Positions 38,013 through 46,385 of a stretch of 64,000 nt of DNA are shown one piece after another (positions within the stretch are counted from its first letter, which is position 1; the number at the start of each line of letters is the position of its first letter). The position numbers were made by a program, and so were the translations under genes. Origin of the DNA: Stenotrophomonas sp. (GTDB lineage Bacteria; Pseudomonadota; Gammaproteobacteria; Xanthomonadales; Xanthomonadaceae); the NCBI GenBank assembly GCA_036403795.1, contig DASWQJ010000174.1, positions 12,573 through 76,572 on the forward strand, in the 5' to 3' direction. Below the pieces are notes generated by a model. The model worked only from the letters and a program-made list of their open reading frames with translations. It ran no database searches and was not told the origin of the DNA.

Positions 38013-38840
38013 ATGCCCCCCCTGTTATTGAATGAACTCCTGCGCGAAACGGCCGCAGGCCTGGAGCGCGCCGACGCCGAAGCGTTGTTGCTGCATGCCC
38101 TGGGGAGGGACCGGGCCTGGCTGTTTGCACACGGTCGCGACCCCGCGCCGGCGGAGGTCGTCGAGGTATTCAAGGCGCTGGTCGAGCGCCGCGCAGCGGG
38201 CGAGCCGGTGGCCTATTTGACCGGTCGACGGGGCTTCTGGACCCTGGACCTGGAGGTGACGCCGGCCACGCTGATCCCCCGCCCGGAGACGGAGCGGCTG
38301 GTGGAGCTGGCACTGGAGCGGCTGGATGCCAAGCCCGGTCGTGCCATCGCCGACCTGGGCACCGGTAGCGGCGCGATCGCGTTGGCGCTGGCCAGTGAAC
38401 GGCCCCAAGCCCAGGTGGTCGCGGTGGATGCCAGTGAGGCGGCGCTGAAAGTCGCCCAAGCCAACGCCGATCGCTACGGACTGTCCCGGGTGCAATTCCG
38501 GCGGGGCTCGTGGCTGGCTCCGTTGGCCGGAGAGTGCTACGACCTGATTGCCAGCAACCCGCCCTACATCGCCGCCACCGACCAACACCTGGACCAAGGC
38601 GATCTGCGCTACGAGCCGCGCTCGGCGCTGTCTGCGGGCCAGGACGGCCTGGACGACATTCGCACGATCATCCGCGATGCGCCCGAGCACTTGCGTGGTG
38701 GGGGCTGGCTGTTGCTCGAGCACGGCTGTGACCAAGGGCCGGCGGTCGCTCACGGCTTGCGCGAGCGCGGCTTCGAGGCGGTCCAGACCTGGCAGGACCT
38801 GGAAGGACGCGACCGCGTCAGCGGCGGGCGTTGGCGCTAG
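38013..38840 (+). CDS. prmC: Release-factor glutamine methyltransferase
   Basis: [17 protein letters not shown] (SAM site) and SNPPYI (NPPY) motifs. Confidence 0.9.
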   Translation: MPPLLLNELLRETAAGLERADAEALLLHALGRDRAWLFAHGRDPAPAEVVEVFKALVERRAAGEPVAYLTGRRGFWTLDLEVTPATLIPRPETERLVELALERLDAKPGRAIADLGTGSGAIALALASERPQAQVVAVDASEAALKVAQANADRYGLSRVQFRRGSWLAPLAGECYDLIASNPPYIAATDQHLDQGDLRYEPRSALSAGQDGLDDIRTIIRDAPEHLRGGGWLLLEHGCDQGPAVAHGLRERGFEAVQTWQDLEGRDRVSGGRWR

Positions 38841-38849
38841 TGGGCAGGC

Positions 38850-39815
38850 TCATGCGGGCAGTCGCCATGCCGGCGGCAAATCGTAATGCAGCCCGGACAA
38901 GCCGCTGCCCAGCAGCCAACGTCCCAGCATTTGCCAACTGGGTGGAACGCCGCCAGCGGTTCCGTACTGAAGAAGCTGTTTCCCGATCAATTCCAGGCGC
39001 AACCCGGCACCAGGCAACACATCCGGGTTGAGCAGCGGCGGGTTGAACGCAGGCAGCGAGCGTCGTTGCACGGCAATGGACAGACTGATGCGCGGCTGCG
39101 TGCAGAGCAGGCTGCCCCGGCTGCCCCAATGGAGCAACGATTGGCTCCAGATCATGACGTCTCCCGCCTCGCCTTGAAGCGCCCGGATATCCGCCAGCGG
39201 CACCGCGGCGGCGTCGACGACGTCGTCCTGATGCCCGGGGTCACGATTTCGCGGTACCAGCATCATGCAGCCTGTATGCGAATCGACTTTTACCAACGGG
39301 ATCCAGATCGAAAGCGCGCCAGGCAGGCCCGCGTCGGTCATCGATCTGGCACCCAGGTCGCGATGCAGGTTCCAGCCTGCTTCGCCGGCAGACGGGTCCA
39401 CATGCCAGGCCCAGAAATCCGGCAGCAACCAATAGTCTTCACCTCCCAGGGCGGCATTCACCACCGGCTTGAGGCGTCCATACAGCAGCCATGCCTCATC
39501 GGCCAGGAAAATGAACACCGGTGGGATGCCTGCATGCGCCAGCCGGCGCACTGCTTGCGCCATGGCTTGCAGCGGATGGCCGCGCCAGCGATGGCGGGCC
39601 CGGAACAGGTAATAACCTTCCAACGCCATCTGTCGCTGCATGGCGTCGCGTTCCTCGTCGTTGGGTTGCAAGGCGACCGCGCGATTCACATAGGCGCAAT
39701 CGTCCACATGCAGCGCTTGCAGATAGGGCACCAGCGCCGCGCGCATCGCCGGCAGCGCGAGACGTTGGCCGTCCGGCGACAGGCAGGTATCGAAAGGGCG
39801 CGGCAAACTGTCCAT
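38850..39815 (-). CDS. PhyH-like Fe(II)/2-oxoglutarate dioxygenase-superfamily protein
   Basis: WNLHRDLG (HxD), a later LLHWGS (distal His) and RISLSIA (2OG Arg) in the order and spacing expected for the PhyH fold. The substrate is unknown. Confidence 0.6.
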   Translation of the reverse strand: MDSLPRPFDTCLSPDGQRLALPAMRAALVPYLQALHVDDCAYVNRAVALQPNDEERDAMQRQMALEGYYLFRARHRWRGHPLQAMAQAVRRLAHAGIPPVFIFLADEAWLLYGRLKPVVNAALGGEDYWLLPDFWAWHVDPSAGEAGWNLHRDLGARSMTDAGLPGALSIWIPLVKVDSHTGCMMLVPRNRDPGHQDDVVDAAAVPLADIRALQGEAGDVMIWSQSLLHWGSRGSLLCTQPRISLSIAVQRRSLPAFNPPLLNPDVLPGAGLRLELIGKQLLQYGTAGGVPPSWQMLGRWLLGSGLSGLHYDLPPAWRLPA

Positions 39816-39907
39816 CGGTCCTTCTCCTGGAGCCGGACGGGGCACCACCGAGGAGCGGTGCGAGGCGCACGCGCTAGAATCTACGCTCTCTTGCGAGGAA
39901 AAAACGC

Positions 39908-40849
39908 ATGCGCGTCCTGTATCCCGAGATCGAGCCCTTCAACAGCGGCACGTTGCAGGTCGACGACCGGCACACGCTGTATTTCGAGCAGTGCGGCAAT
40001 CCGAACGGCAAACCGGTGGTGATGTTGCACGGCGGACCCGGTGGCGGAATCAGCCCGAAAATGCGCCGCTTCCATGATCCGGCCAAGTACCACATCGTGC
40101 TGTTCGACCAGCGAGGCTCGGGCCGTTCGACCCCCCACGCCGATCTGGTCGGCAACACCACCTGGGACCTCGTGGCGGACATCGAGCAATTGCGCAGCAA
40201 ACTGGGCATCGCGCGCTGGCAAGTGTTTGGGGGCAGCTGGGGTTCGACCCTGGCCCTGGCCTATGCGCAGGCCCATCCCGGGCAGGTCACCGAACTGGTA
40301 CTGCGCGGCATCTTCATGCTGCGACGCTGGGAGCTGGAGTGGTTCTACCAGGAAGGCGCCAGCCGCCTCTTTCCCGATGCCTGGGATCAGTACGTCGCCG
40401 CGATTCCGCCGGTGGAACGCTTCGACCTGATCTCTGCGTTCCATCGCCGCCTGACCAGCGAACACGAGGACGTGCGGCTCGCCGCGGCACGCGCGTGGAG
40501 CGTGTGGGAAGGCGCCACCAGCTTCCTGCACGTGGACCAGGACTTTGTGTCCGGGCATGAGGATGCGCAGTTCGCGCTGGCATTCGCGCGCATCGAGAAC
40601 CACTATTTCGTCAACGGCGGGTTCTTCGAAGTGGAAGACCAATTGTTGCGCGATGCCCATCGCATCGCCGATATCCCGGGGGTCATCGTGCACGGCCGTT
40701 ATGACGTGGTGTGCCCGCTGCAGAACGCATGGGACCTGCACAAGGCCTGGCCCAAGGCGACACTGGAAATCAGCCCGGCGTCCGGGCATTCGGCCTTCGA
40801 GCCGGAGAACGTTGACGCACTGGTGCGGGCGACCGATCGTTTCGCGTAA
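39908..40849 (+). CDS. pip: Prolyl aminopeptidase (proline iminopeptidase)
   Basis: LYFEQCGNPNGKPVVMLHGGPGGG, GGSWGSTLA nucleophile elbow, and a C-terminal SGHSAFE. Confidence 0.93.
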   Translation: MRVLYPEIEPFNSGTLQVDDRHTLYFEQCGNPNGKPVVMLHGGPGGGISPKMRRFHDPAKYHIVLFDQRGSGRSTPHADLVGNTTWDLVADIEQLRSKLGIARWQVFGGSWGSTLALAYAQAHPGQVTELVLRGIFMLRRWELEWFYQEGASRLFPDAWDQYVAAIPPVERFDLISAFHRRLTSEHEDVRLAAARAWSVWEGATSFLHVDQDFVSGHEDAQFALAFARIENHYFVNGGFFEVEDQLLRDAHRIADIPGVIVHGRYDVVCPLQNAWDLHKAWPKATLEISPASGHSAFEPENVDALVRATDRFA

Positions 40850-40870
40850 ACACGCGGTTACCCGTCGATC

Positions 40871-40896
40871 GGTAGCGGCCGCGCCGGGCCGCTACC
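40871..40896. terminator. Hairpin in the convergent gap between pip and the FGase-family gene
   Basis: 10-bp stem ggtagcggcc/ggccgctacc with a 6-nt loop. Confidence 0.45.
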
Positions 40897-40938
40897 CCCC
40901 ATCATTGGCAACGAGGCGTGGGAAGCGGCGGGCAGTGA

Positions 40939-41727
40939 TCAGCCGAATTGAAGCTGCAATGCGTTGAATATGCGCGCCAGCCGCAGCGCCCACAGCTGCT
41001 GGCCGGCCTCGTCGGCGATCAGGTCCTGGCGAATTTCCAGTTCCACGTGCAGCAGGCCACGTCCTTCACCATGGATCGGCACGGCGTAATCACTGGTTTC
41101 GCTGACCGAATAGGGTTGGTTGTCCCCAACTTCCAGGTCTCCCTCGGCGCGCAGGGCCTGCAGCAATGCGTGGGCCAATCGCGTGTCGCGATGGTAGAGC
41201 ACCCCGGCGTGCCAGGGCCGGGCCACGCCCCCCATGGCGGGCGTGAAGCTGTGCATCGCCACGAGCAGGGTCGGATGCGACCGTGCCAGGCGTTGGTCCA
41301 GTTCGGCCTCGATCCGCCCGTGGTAGGGCGCGAAGATTTCGTCGACACGGCACTGCCGCTGGGCCGCGCTCAACGCACGGTTGGCGGGGATGTCGGTGCC
41401 GTCACTGCGTTCGGCGATCAGCGTTGGCGAGGCGAGAGGACGATTGCAGTCGATGACCAGGCGCGAATAGACCTGGGTGATCGCTACGGCGTCCAGGGCA
41501 TCGGCCAACCGTCGGGTCACGCCGGCGATTCCGATGTCCCAGCCGATGTGCCGGTCGATCTCGCCGGGTGGCAGGCCCAGGCCGTGTAGCGCCTTTGGCA
41601 CGCGCTGGCCGGCGTGATCGGCGATCAGCAGCCACGGCGATTGGCCTGTCGCATTCTGCACCTGGAAAGAAGTCGGCTCGTCGGCGCTCAGCAGCCGCCC
41701 GCCGACAGGCAAAACCAGCTCAGTCAC
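40939..41727 (-). CDS. N-formylglutamate amidohydrolase-family protein
   Basis: GTG start. ADHAG..VP, DIG, VIDCNR, HSFTP and VELEIRQD blocks characteristic of the FGase family. Confidence 0.8.
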   Translation of the reverse strand: MTELVLPVGGRLLSADEPTSFQVQNATGQSPWLLIADHAGQRVPKALHGLGLPPGEIDRHIGWDIGIAGVTRRLADALDAVAITQVYSRLVIDCNRPLASPTLIAERSDGTDIPANRALSAAQRQCRVDEIFAPYHGRIEAELDQRLARSHPTLLVAMHSFTPAMGGVARPWHAGVLYHRDTRLAHALLQALRAEGDLEVGDNQPYSVSETSDYAVPIHGEGRGLLHVELEIRQDLIADEAGQQLWALRLARIFNALQLQFG

Positions 41728-42271
41728 GGGGCGTGCCGTCGAGGTGATGCTCGATCATCCACAGCCCGGCCCAGAGTTTGGCGTCTAGCTGATAGCCCTC
41801 CTGCATCTTCTCCACCAGCCATGCCGCGGCGCGCGAACGCGGGATCTCGTGCACGGTGATGTCTTCGCTGTCGTCGCCGCCGCCGGTCCCGATCCGCTGC
41901 AAACCGGTGGCACGCACGAAGGCAATCTTCTCGCTGCTGGCGCCCGACGAAGTGGGGCCGATCATCAGTACTTCCGCATGGGCGGCCGTCCAGCCCGTCT
42001 CTTCCTCGAGCTCGCGGATCGCAGACATTTCGATCGACTCCCCCGCATCGACATCGCCGACCAGGCCAGCCGGCATTTCGATGGTGCGGGCCTGCACGGG
42101 CACGCGGAACTGTTCGACGAACACCACGTGGTCATCGGGCGTGACCGCCACGATGATCGCCGCCAACCCGCCAGCATGGACGCGTTCGGAATACTCCCAA
42201 GTACCGCGCACCACCATGCGCTGGTATTTGCCTTCATAGACGATCTTCGGTTCGGCGTCGGATGGGGTCAT
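41720..42271 (-). CDS. NUDIX hydrolase (ADP-ribose pyrophosphatase-like)
   Basis: Nudix box EMPAGLVGDVDAGESIEMSAIRELEEETG. 8-nt overlap with the downstream FGase gene and ATGA overlap with the upstream exonuclease gene. Confidence 0.85.
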   Translation of the reverse strand: MTPSDAEPKIVYEGKYQRMVVRGTWEYSERVHAGGLAAIIVAVTPDDHVVFVEQFRVPVQARTIEMPAGLVGDVDAGESIEMSAIRELEEETGWTAAHAEVLMIGPTSSGASSEKIAFVRATGLQRIGTGGGDDSEDITVHEIPRSRAAAWLVEKMQEGYQLDAKLWAGLWMIEHHLDGTPRD

Positions 42272-43248
42272 GGCAGGAAAGGGTCGTTGGAGGAGTCGGA
42301 GACGACGGGCAAGGGGACGCCGGCTGCCGCACGCAGGCGGCGCCGGGTCATCGGCCCGAAGCGCAGCGCCTGGCACAGGCCGTCGATGATCTGGGCATCC
42401 GCATCGGCGCGCGCGTAGCCAGACCCGGGCAAGGTCAAAGGCGCATCCAGCGCAATGGTGGTCAGTTGCCGCCACAGCAAGGCGTGTTCGCGCTGCTCGC
42501 GTAGTCGCACCGCCATCTGCGCGGCGCCGCGCAAGCGCAGGAAGGGCACCTCGTCCAGGCGGGTCAGCAAGATGTCCAGGCTGCCGAAGTGCGCCAGCAG
42601 CACGGCAGCGGACTTGGCGCCGACGCCGCTGACCCCGGGGATGTTGTCTACCGCGTCCCCGCACAGTGCCAGGTAGTCGGCCATCTGGTGGGCGTGCACG
42701 CCGTGTTTGGCCTTGACGCCGTCATGCCGCCAGCGCAGCCCCCGGGCGAAGTCCCACTGCTCGTCGTGGTCGAACAGCAATTGCGAGAGATCCTTGTCCG
42801 CCGACACGATCACGCCGCGGAAACCCTGGGGTCGCGCCGCGTGCAGTGCGCTGCCGATCAGGTCGTCGGCCTCGTACTCGTGATGGGCCAGCACCGTCAG
42901 GCCGAGCGCCGCGCACAGTGCCTTGCAGTGCGCGAATTGCCGGCGCAGCTCGTCCGGGGCCGGATCGCGGTTGGCTTTGTAGGCCGGGTACAGCGCATGC
43001 CGGAAACAGCTGTCCAGGGCTTCATCGAATGCCACCACGATGTGCTGCGGCCGCTCGCGCTCCAAGACATCCAGCAAAAAGCGCGCGAAGCCATGCACCG
43101 CGTTGGTCGGCCAACCCTGGGCGTCGCGGAATTCGTCCGGCATCGAATGCCAGGCGCGGAACACGTAGACGCTGGCATCCACCAGGTACAGGGGCTTGGG
43201 CGTGACTGAAGACGGCGCCGTCACGGCCGATAAGTCCGAATAAGTCAT
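42268..43248 (-). CDS. 5'-3' exonuclease / flap endonuclease (Xni/ExoIX-like)
   Basis: LYLVDASVYVFRAWH, VAFD, YKANR, EADDLIGS, and the H3TH block DNIPGVSGVGAKSAAVLL. The ATG at 43248 overlaps the nitroreductase stop (ATGA). Confidence 0.85.
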   Translation of the reverse strand: MTYSDLSAVTAPSSVTPKPLYLVDASVYVFRAWHSMPDEFRDAQGWPTNAVHGFARFLLDVLERERPQHIVVAFDEALDSCFRHALYPAYKANRDPAPDELRRQFAHCKALCAALGLTVLAHHEYEADDLIGSALHAARPQGFRGVIVSADKDLSQLLFDHDEQWDFARGLRWRHDGVKAKHGVHAHQMADYLALCGDAVDNIPGVSGVGAKSAAVLLAHFGSLDILLTRLDEVPFLRLRGAAQMAVRLREQREHALLWRQLTTIALDAPLTLPGSGYARADADAQIIDGLCQALRFGPMTRRRLRAAAGVPLPVVSDSSNDPFLP

Positions 43249-43820
43249 GGCGCCCAATCTTCGAGCAGCGCCGCCGGGTCCGGCCGCTCACGCTCGGGCG
43301 CGACCAAACGGGGGGTGCCGATATGGATGAAGCCAACGATGCGTTCGTGGACCGCCAAGCCGAGCCGGGCGGCCACCGCCGGGTCATAGGCCATCCAGGC
43401 GGTCAGCCATTGCGCGCCGAAGCCATGGGCTTGCGCGGCCTGCAACAAGGCAAAGCAGACGCAGCCGGCGGTCAACAGCTGTTCCTGCTCGGGCACCTTG
43501 TGCTCGGGCTGCAGGCGGGCGACGACGGCGATGACCAAGGGCGCGAAACTGAATCGTTGCCGATCCTTTTCGATCGTCGCCTCGGGCGCCTGCGGGTCGA
43601 GCTCACGGGTGCGCCGTGCCAGGAATTCGCCCAGCGCCAGGCGTGCATCGCCGCCAATGCGCAGGAAACGGAAGGGTACGAGCTTGCCGTGGTCTGGTAC
43701 CCGCACCGCCGAGCGCAGCATTTGCAGCAGGGTGGCTTCGTCCGGCCCGGGTTCGCCGAGCTGTTTGGACGGGGTGGAGCGGCGGCCGTCCAGGGCCTGC
43801 AGCGAATAAAGTGTGTGCAT
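43245..43820 (-). CDS. Nitroreductase-family protein
   Basis: RRSTP...PDHGKL.PFRF... and C-terminal GFIHIG, as in the NfnB/NADH-oxidase fold. The start is at MHTLYSLQ. Confidence 0.8.
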   Translation of the reverse strand: MHTLYSLQALDGRRSTPSKQLGEPGPDEATLLQMLRSAVRVPDHGKLVPFRFLRIGGDARLALGEFLARRTRELDPQAPEATIEKDRQRFSFAPLVIAVVARLQPEHKVPEQEQLLTAGCVCFALLQAAQAHGFGAQWLTAWMAYDPAVAARLGLAVHERIVGFIHIGTPRLVAPERERPDPAALLEDWAP

Positions 43821-43969
43821 AATCCCACTTTGAAACATCGATGGTCGGGTCTTGGAAAGTATAGACGGCCATCCGGCACTGCTATCGGGGGAGAGCGGCG
43901 TCCTGGGGGCGTGCGGTCCACCCGCCGGCGGGTCGATCCCAACATCTGCGTCCGGATAGTTTTTCCCGC

Positions 43970-46183
43970 ATGAGTCTGCATCCCTTGAACGACGAACTTC
44001 CCACCCGCAACTCGCAGTTGCTCACGCGGGTTCGGGAGACCGTCCTGGTACCGCTGGCGACCGCCTTCGTGCAGGTCCAGGACGTGCTGGCCGAGTCGCT
44101 GTTCCGGCTGGCCGAACGCAGCAACGCCGGCCAGAGCGATTATTTCGAAGCGATCGAGTTGCTGCGGCGCCAACGCGAGCGGATTTCGGCTGGCTTTCGC
44201 GGGCATCTCGCCAAGGCCTGGCAGTGTCTGGAAGCCGGGCGACCGCTGTCGGTCGAACGCACGCTGGCCAGGGGCCCGCAGGACCTGAGCCTGGTTCCCG
44301 AGCACGAACTGGACGTGCGCCTGGCGGTGCGCAACCTCGCCGGGACGCTGCAGCATCGCTGGCGCCCCGAACTGATGCGACTAAACCGGTATTTGGGGTT
44401 CATGGCCGGCGGCTTGCGGATCGATGCCGACAACAATCCCTTCGGACCGGAACACTTGGGCACCGCCGTGTACGCGGCCTTCCACGGGCTGCCCTTGGCC
44501 CCGCGCGTGCACCTGGCGATCGTCAAGATCTGCGAACAGCAGTTGGGTGACCGGGTGGGGCTGCTGTATGCCGGGCTGGAGCAATCGTTGGCCGAGGTGA
44601 CCCGGTTGCGCGATCTCCCGGCGGCGCGAGCGCGGCGCTCGGCCATTCCCCGCATAACCGCGGCCCTGGAAGAGCCCGCACCCGATTGGATTGCGCGCTT
44701 TTTCTCGGATTGGAGTGGTGCACGCACCTCGATGGCCGCCATCTCCGCCATCGATCCGCATGCTCGCGAAGAACGGGACGTGTTGCCGCCGGCGCTGCGC
44801 CACCTGCTGCAGCGGGCCCGGCAGGGCGAAGCGCTGCTGGATCGGACGCGACCGCCGCTGTCGCCGCGCGAGGTGATGTCGGTGCTGTCGCTGCTGCAAA
44901 CCTCGCCAACAGCGGGTTTCGAGGCCATCGAGGCGACGGGGCAGGGGCTGGCCCGGGGTTTGCGCAGCGAAGTACTGCGCACCGCTGGGGCGTTGGGTAT
45001 CGACGCGTCGGCCAGCGGCCTGGATCCGGTCGATGAAGACCTGCTCGACCTGGTCGGCATGCTGTTCGAGGCACTGTTGCGCGACAGCCTGCTGCTGCCT
45101 TGGCAGCGCAAGATGCTGGGTCACCTGCTGGTGCCGATGTCCAAGGTGGCCTTGCTGGATGCCCGGCTGTTCGTGCGCGATGGCCATCCGGCGCGCCGTC
45201 TGCTCAACCAACTGGTCGACGCCTGCGACGGCAACGCGGGTGAGACCGCCGCCGAACAGGCGCTGCTATCGCAGGTGCAATCGGCGGTCGATGAGATCGT
45301 GCGCGACTTCGACGAGCACTTGGCGGTGTTCCTGACCCTGGAGTCGGAGTTCGGTACCGGCTATGAGCAATACCGCCGCCGTGTCGAGATCGCCGAGCGC
45401 CGCGCCAACGAACTGCAACGGGCCGAGGAGCGTCGCGAGCGCGCGCGCGATGTGGCGCGGGCAGCACTGGCCGAACGCATGTCGCAGGAAGAAATACCAC
45501 CGGCGCTGGAGTTGTTCCTGACCCGTGCCTGGTTCCAGCATGTGCAGCAGGCAGCACTGCGAGCCGACGGCGAGGGCCCCGCCATGCAAGCGGCCTTGGC
45601 CCTGGGGGACGAGGTCCTGGCGCAATGGCGCCGCGCGCGCGATGGCGAGCCGGCGCCCCAAGCCGGCTGGCTCGACGAGCGCCGCGCCGAATTGCTGCAG
45701 GTGTTCGGCCAGGTGGGCCTGGCCCCGGCCGACGCCGAGGCTGCCTTACTCGCGCTGCGCCGCAACCTGGATCAGGCAGTGGCGCCGGCCGCGCCTTCCC
45801 CGCAGGCCACGATGGTCCTGCCGGTGCTGGCAGATCCCCGCGAGGCCGATTCCGAGCCCCTCACTCCCATGCTCGACGCCCAGGCCGGCGCCGAGTTTGA
45901 TCGGATCACGGCCGATTATTTCAAGGCCATGGCCATCGGCACCTGGCTGGACTTCATCGACCGGGACGGCAACGTCCAGCCCGGCAAGCTGTCCTGGGTC
46001 AGCCCGATCTCGGGGCGACTGATGTTCGTCAACCGGCGGGGCGGCCGGCTGTGCCTGTCCTCGGCGGAAGAACTGGCGACGATGGTCTGGCTGGACCGGC
46101 TGCGCCTGCACCGCGACAACGACGCCTTCTATGGCGCCATGCAGGAAGTGGTGGACGGATTGGAGCGTCCCTCCGCGGCCTGA
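43970..46183 (+). CDS. DUF1631-type large protein, paralogue A (737 aa)
   Basis: Long, mostly helical protein. Blocks LSLVPEHEL..RLAVRNLA, NPFGPEH, MSVLSLLQ, DLVGMLF, HPARRLLN, and C-terminal AIGTWLDFIDRDGNVQPGKLSWVSPISGRLMFVNRRG. The family name is assigned from memory. Confidence 0.75.
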   Translation: MSLHPLNDELPTRNSQLLTRVRETVLVPLATAFVQVQDVLAESLFRLAERSNAGQSDYFEAIELLRRQRERISAGFRGHLAKAWQCLEAGRPLSVERTLARGPQDLSLVPEHELDVRLAVRNLAGTLQHRWRPELMRLNRYLGFMAGGLRIDADNNPFGPEHLGTAVYAAFHGLPLAPRVHLAIVKICEQQLGDRVGLLYAGLEQSLAEVTRLRDLPAARARRSAIPRITAALEEPAPDWIARFFSDWSGARTSMAAISAIDPHAREERDVLPPALRHLLQRARQGEALLDRTRPPLSPREVMSVLSLLQTSPTAGFEAIEATGQGLARGLRSEVLRTAGALGIDASASGLDPVDEDLLDLVGMLFEALLRDSLLLPWQRKMLGHLLVPMSKVALLDARLFVRDGHPARRLLNQLVDACDGNAGETAAEQALLSQVQSAVDEIVRDFDEHLAVFLTLESEFGTGYEQYRRRVEIAERRANELQRAEERRERARDVARAALAERMSQEEIPPALELFLTRAWFQHVQQAALRADGEGPAMQAALALGDEVLAQWRRARDGEPAPQAGWLDERRAELLQVFGQVGLAPADAEAALLALRRNLDQAVAPAAPSPQATMVLPVLADPREADSEPLTPMLDAQAGAEFDRITADYFKAMAIGTWLDFIDRDGNVQPGKLSWVSPISGRLMFVNRRGGRLCLSSAEELATMVWLDRLRLHRDNDAFYGAMQEVVDGLERPSAA

Positions 46184-46385
46184 GCGGCTGGCCGACGCCG
46201 GGCAGGCGCGCCAGTCTTCGTCGCGCTACGATGTAGCGCCCGCCGGCAGGAATGGAAATGCGGATCTCGTCACGGTCGCCGTTCGGCCGCCCCGCCTACC
46301 ATTCGCAGGCGGATACAGGGGCCGCGTCTGCCGTTTCTCCAGCTGTCATCTTTACAACGCCTGCAAGGGCGGGGAGCCTTTGCGC

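Noticed and set aside
45850-46183. PilZ-like c-di-GMP-binding domain at the DUF1631 C-terminus (also 48380-48710)
   Set aside because: The conserved module is the right size and probably beta-rich. However, the canonical RxxxR and D/NxSxxG motifs are absent in both paralogues. It is kept only as something a structure prediction could test.
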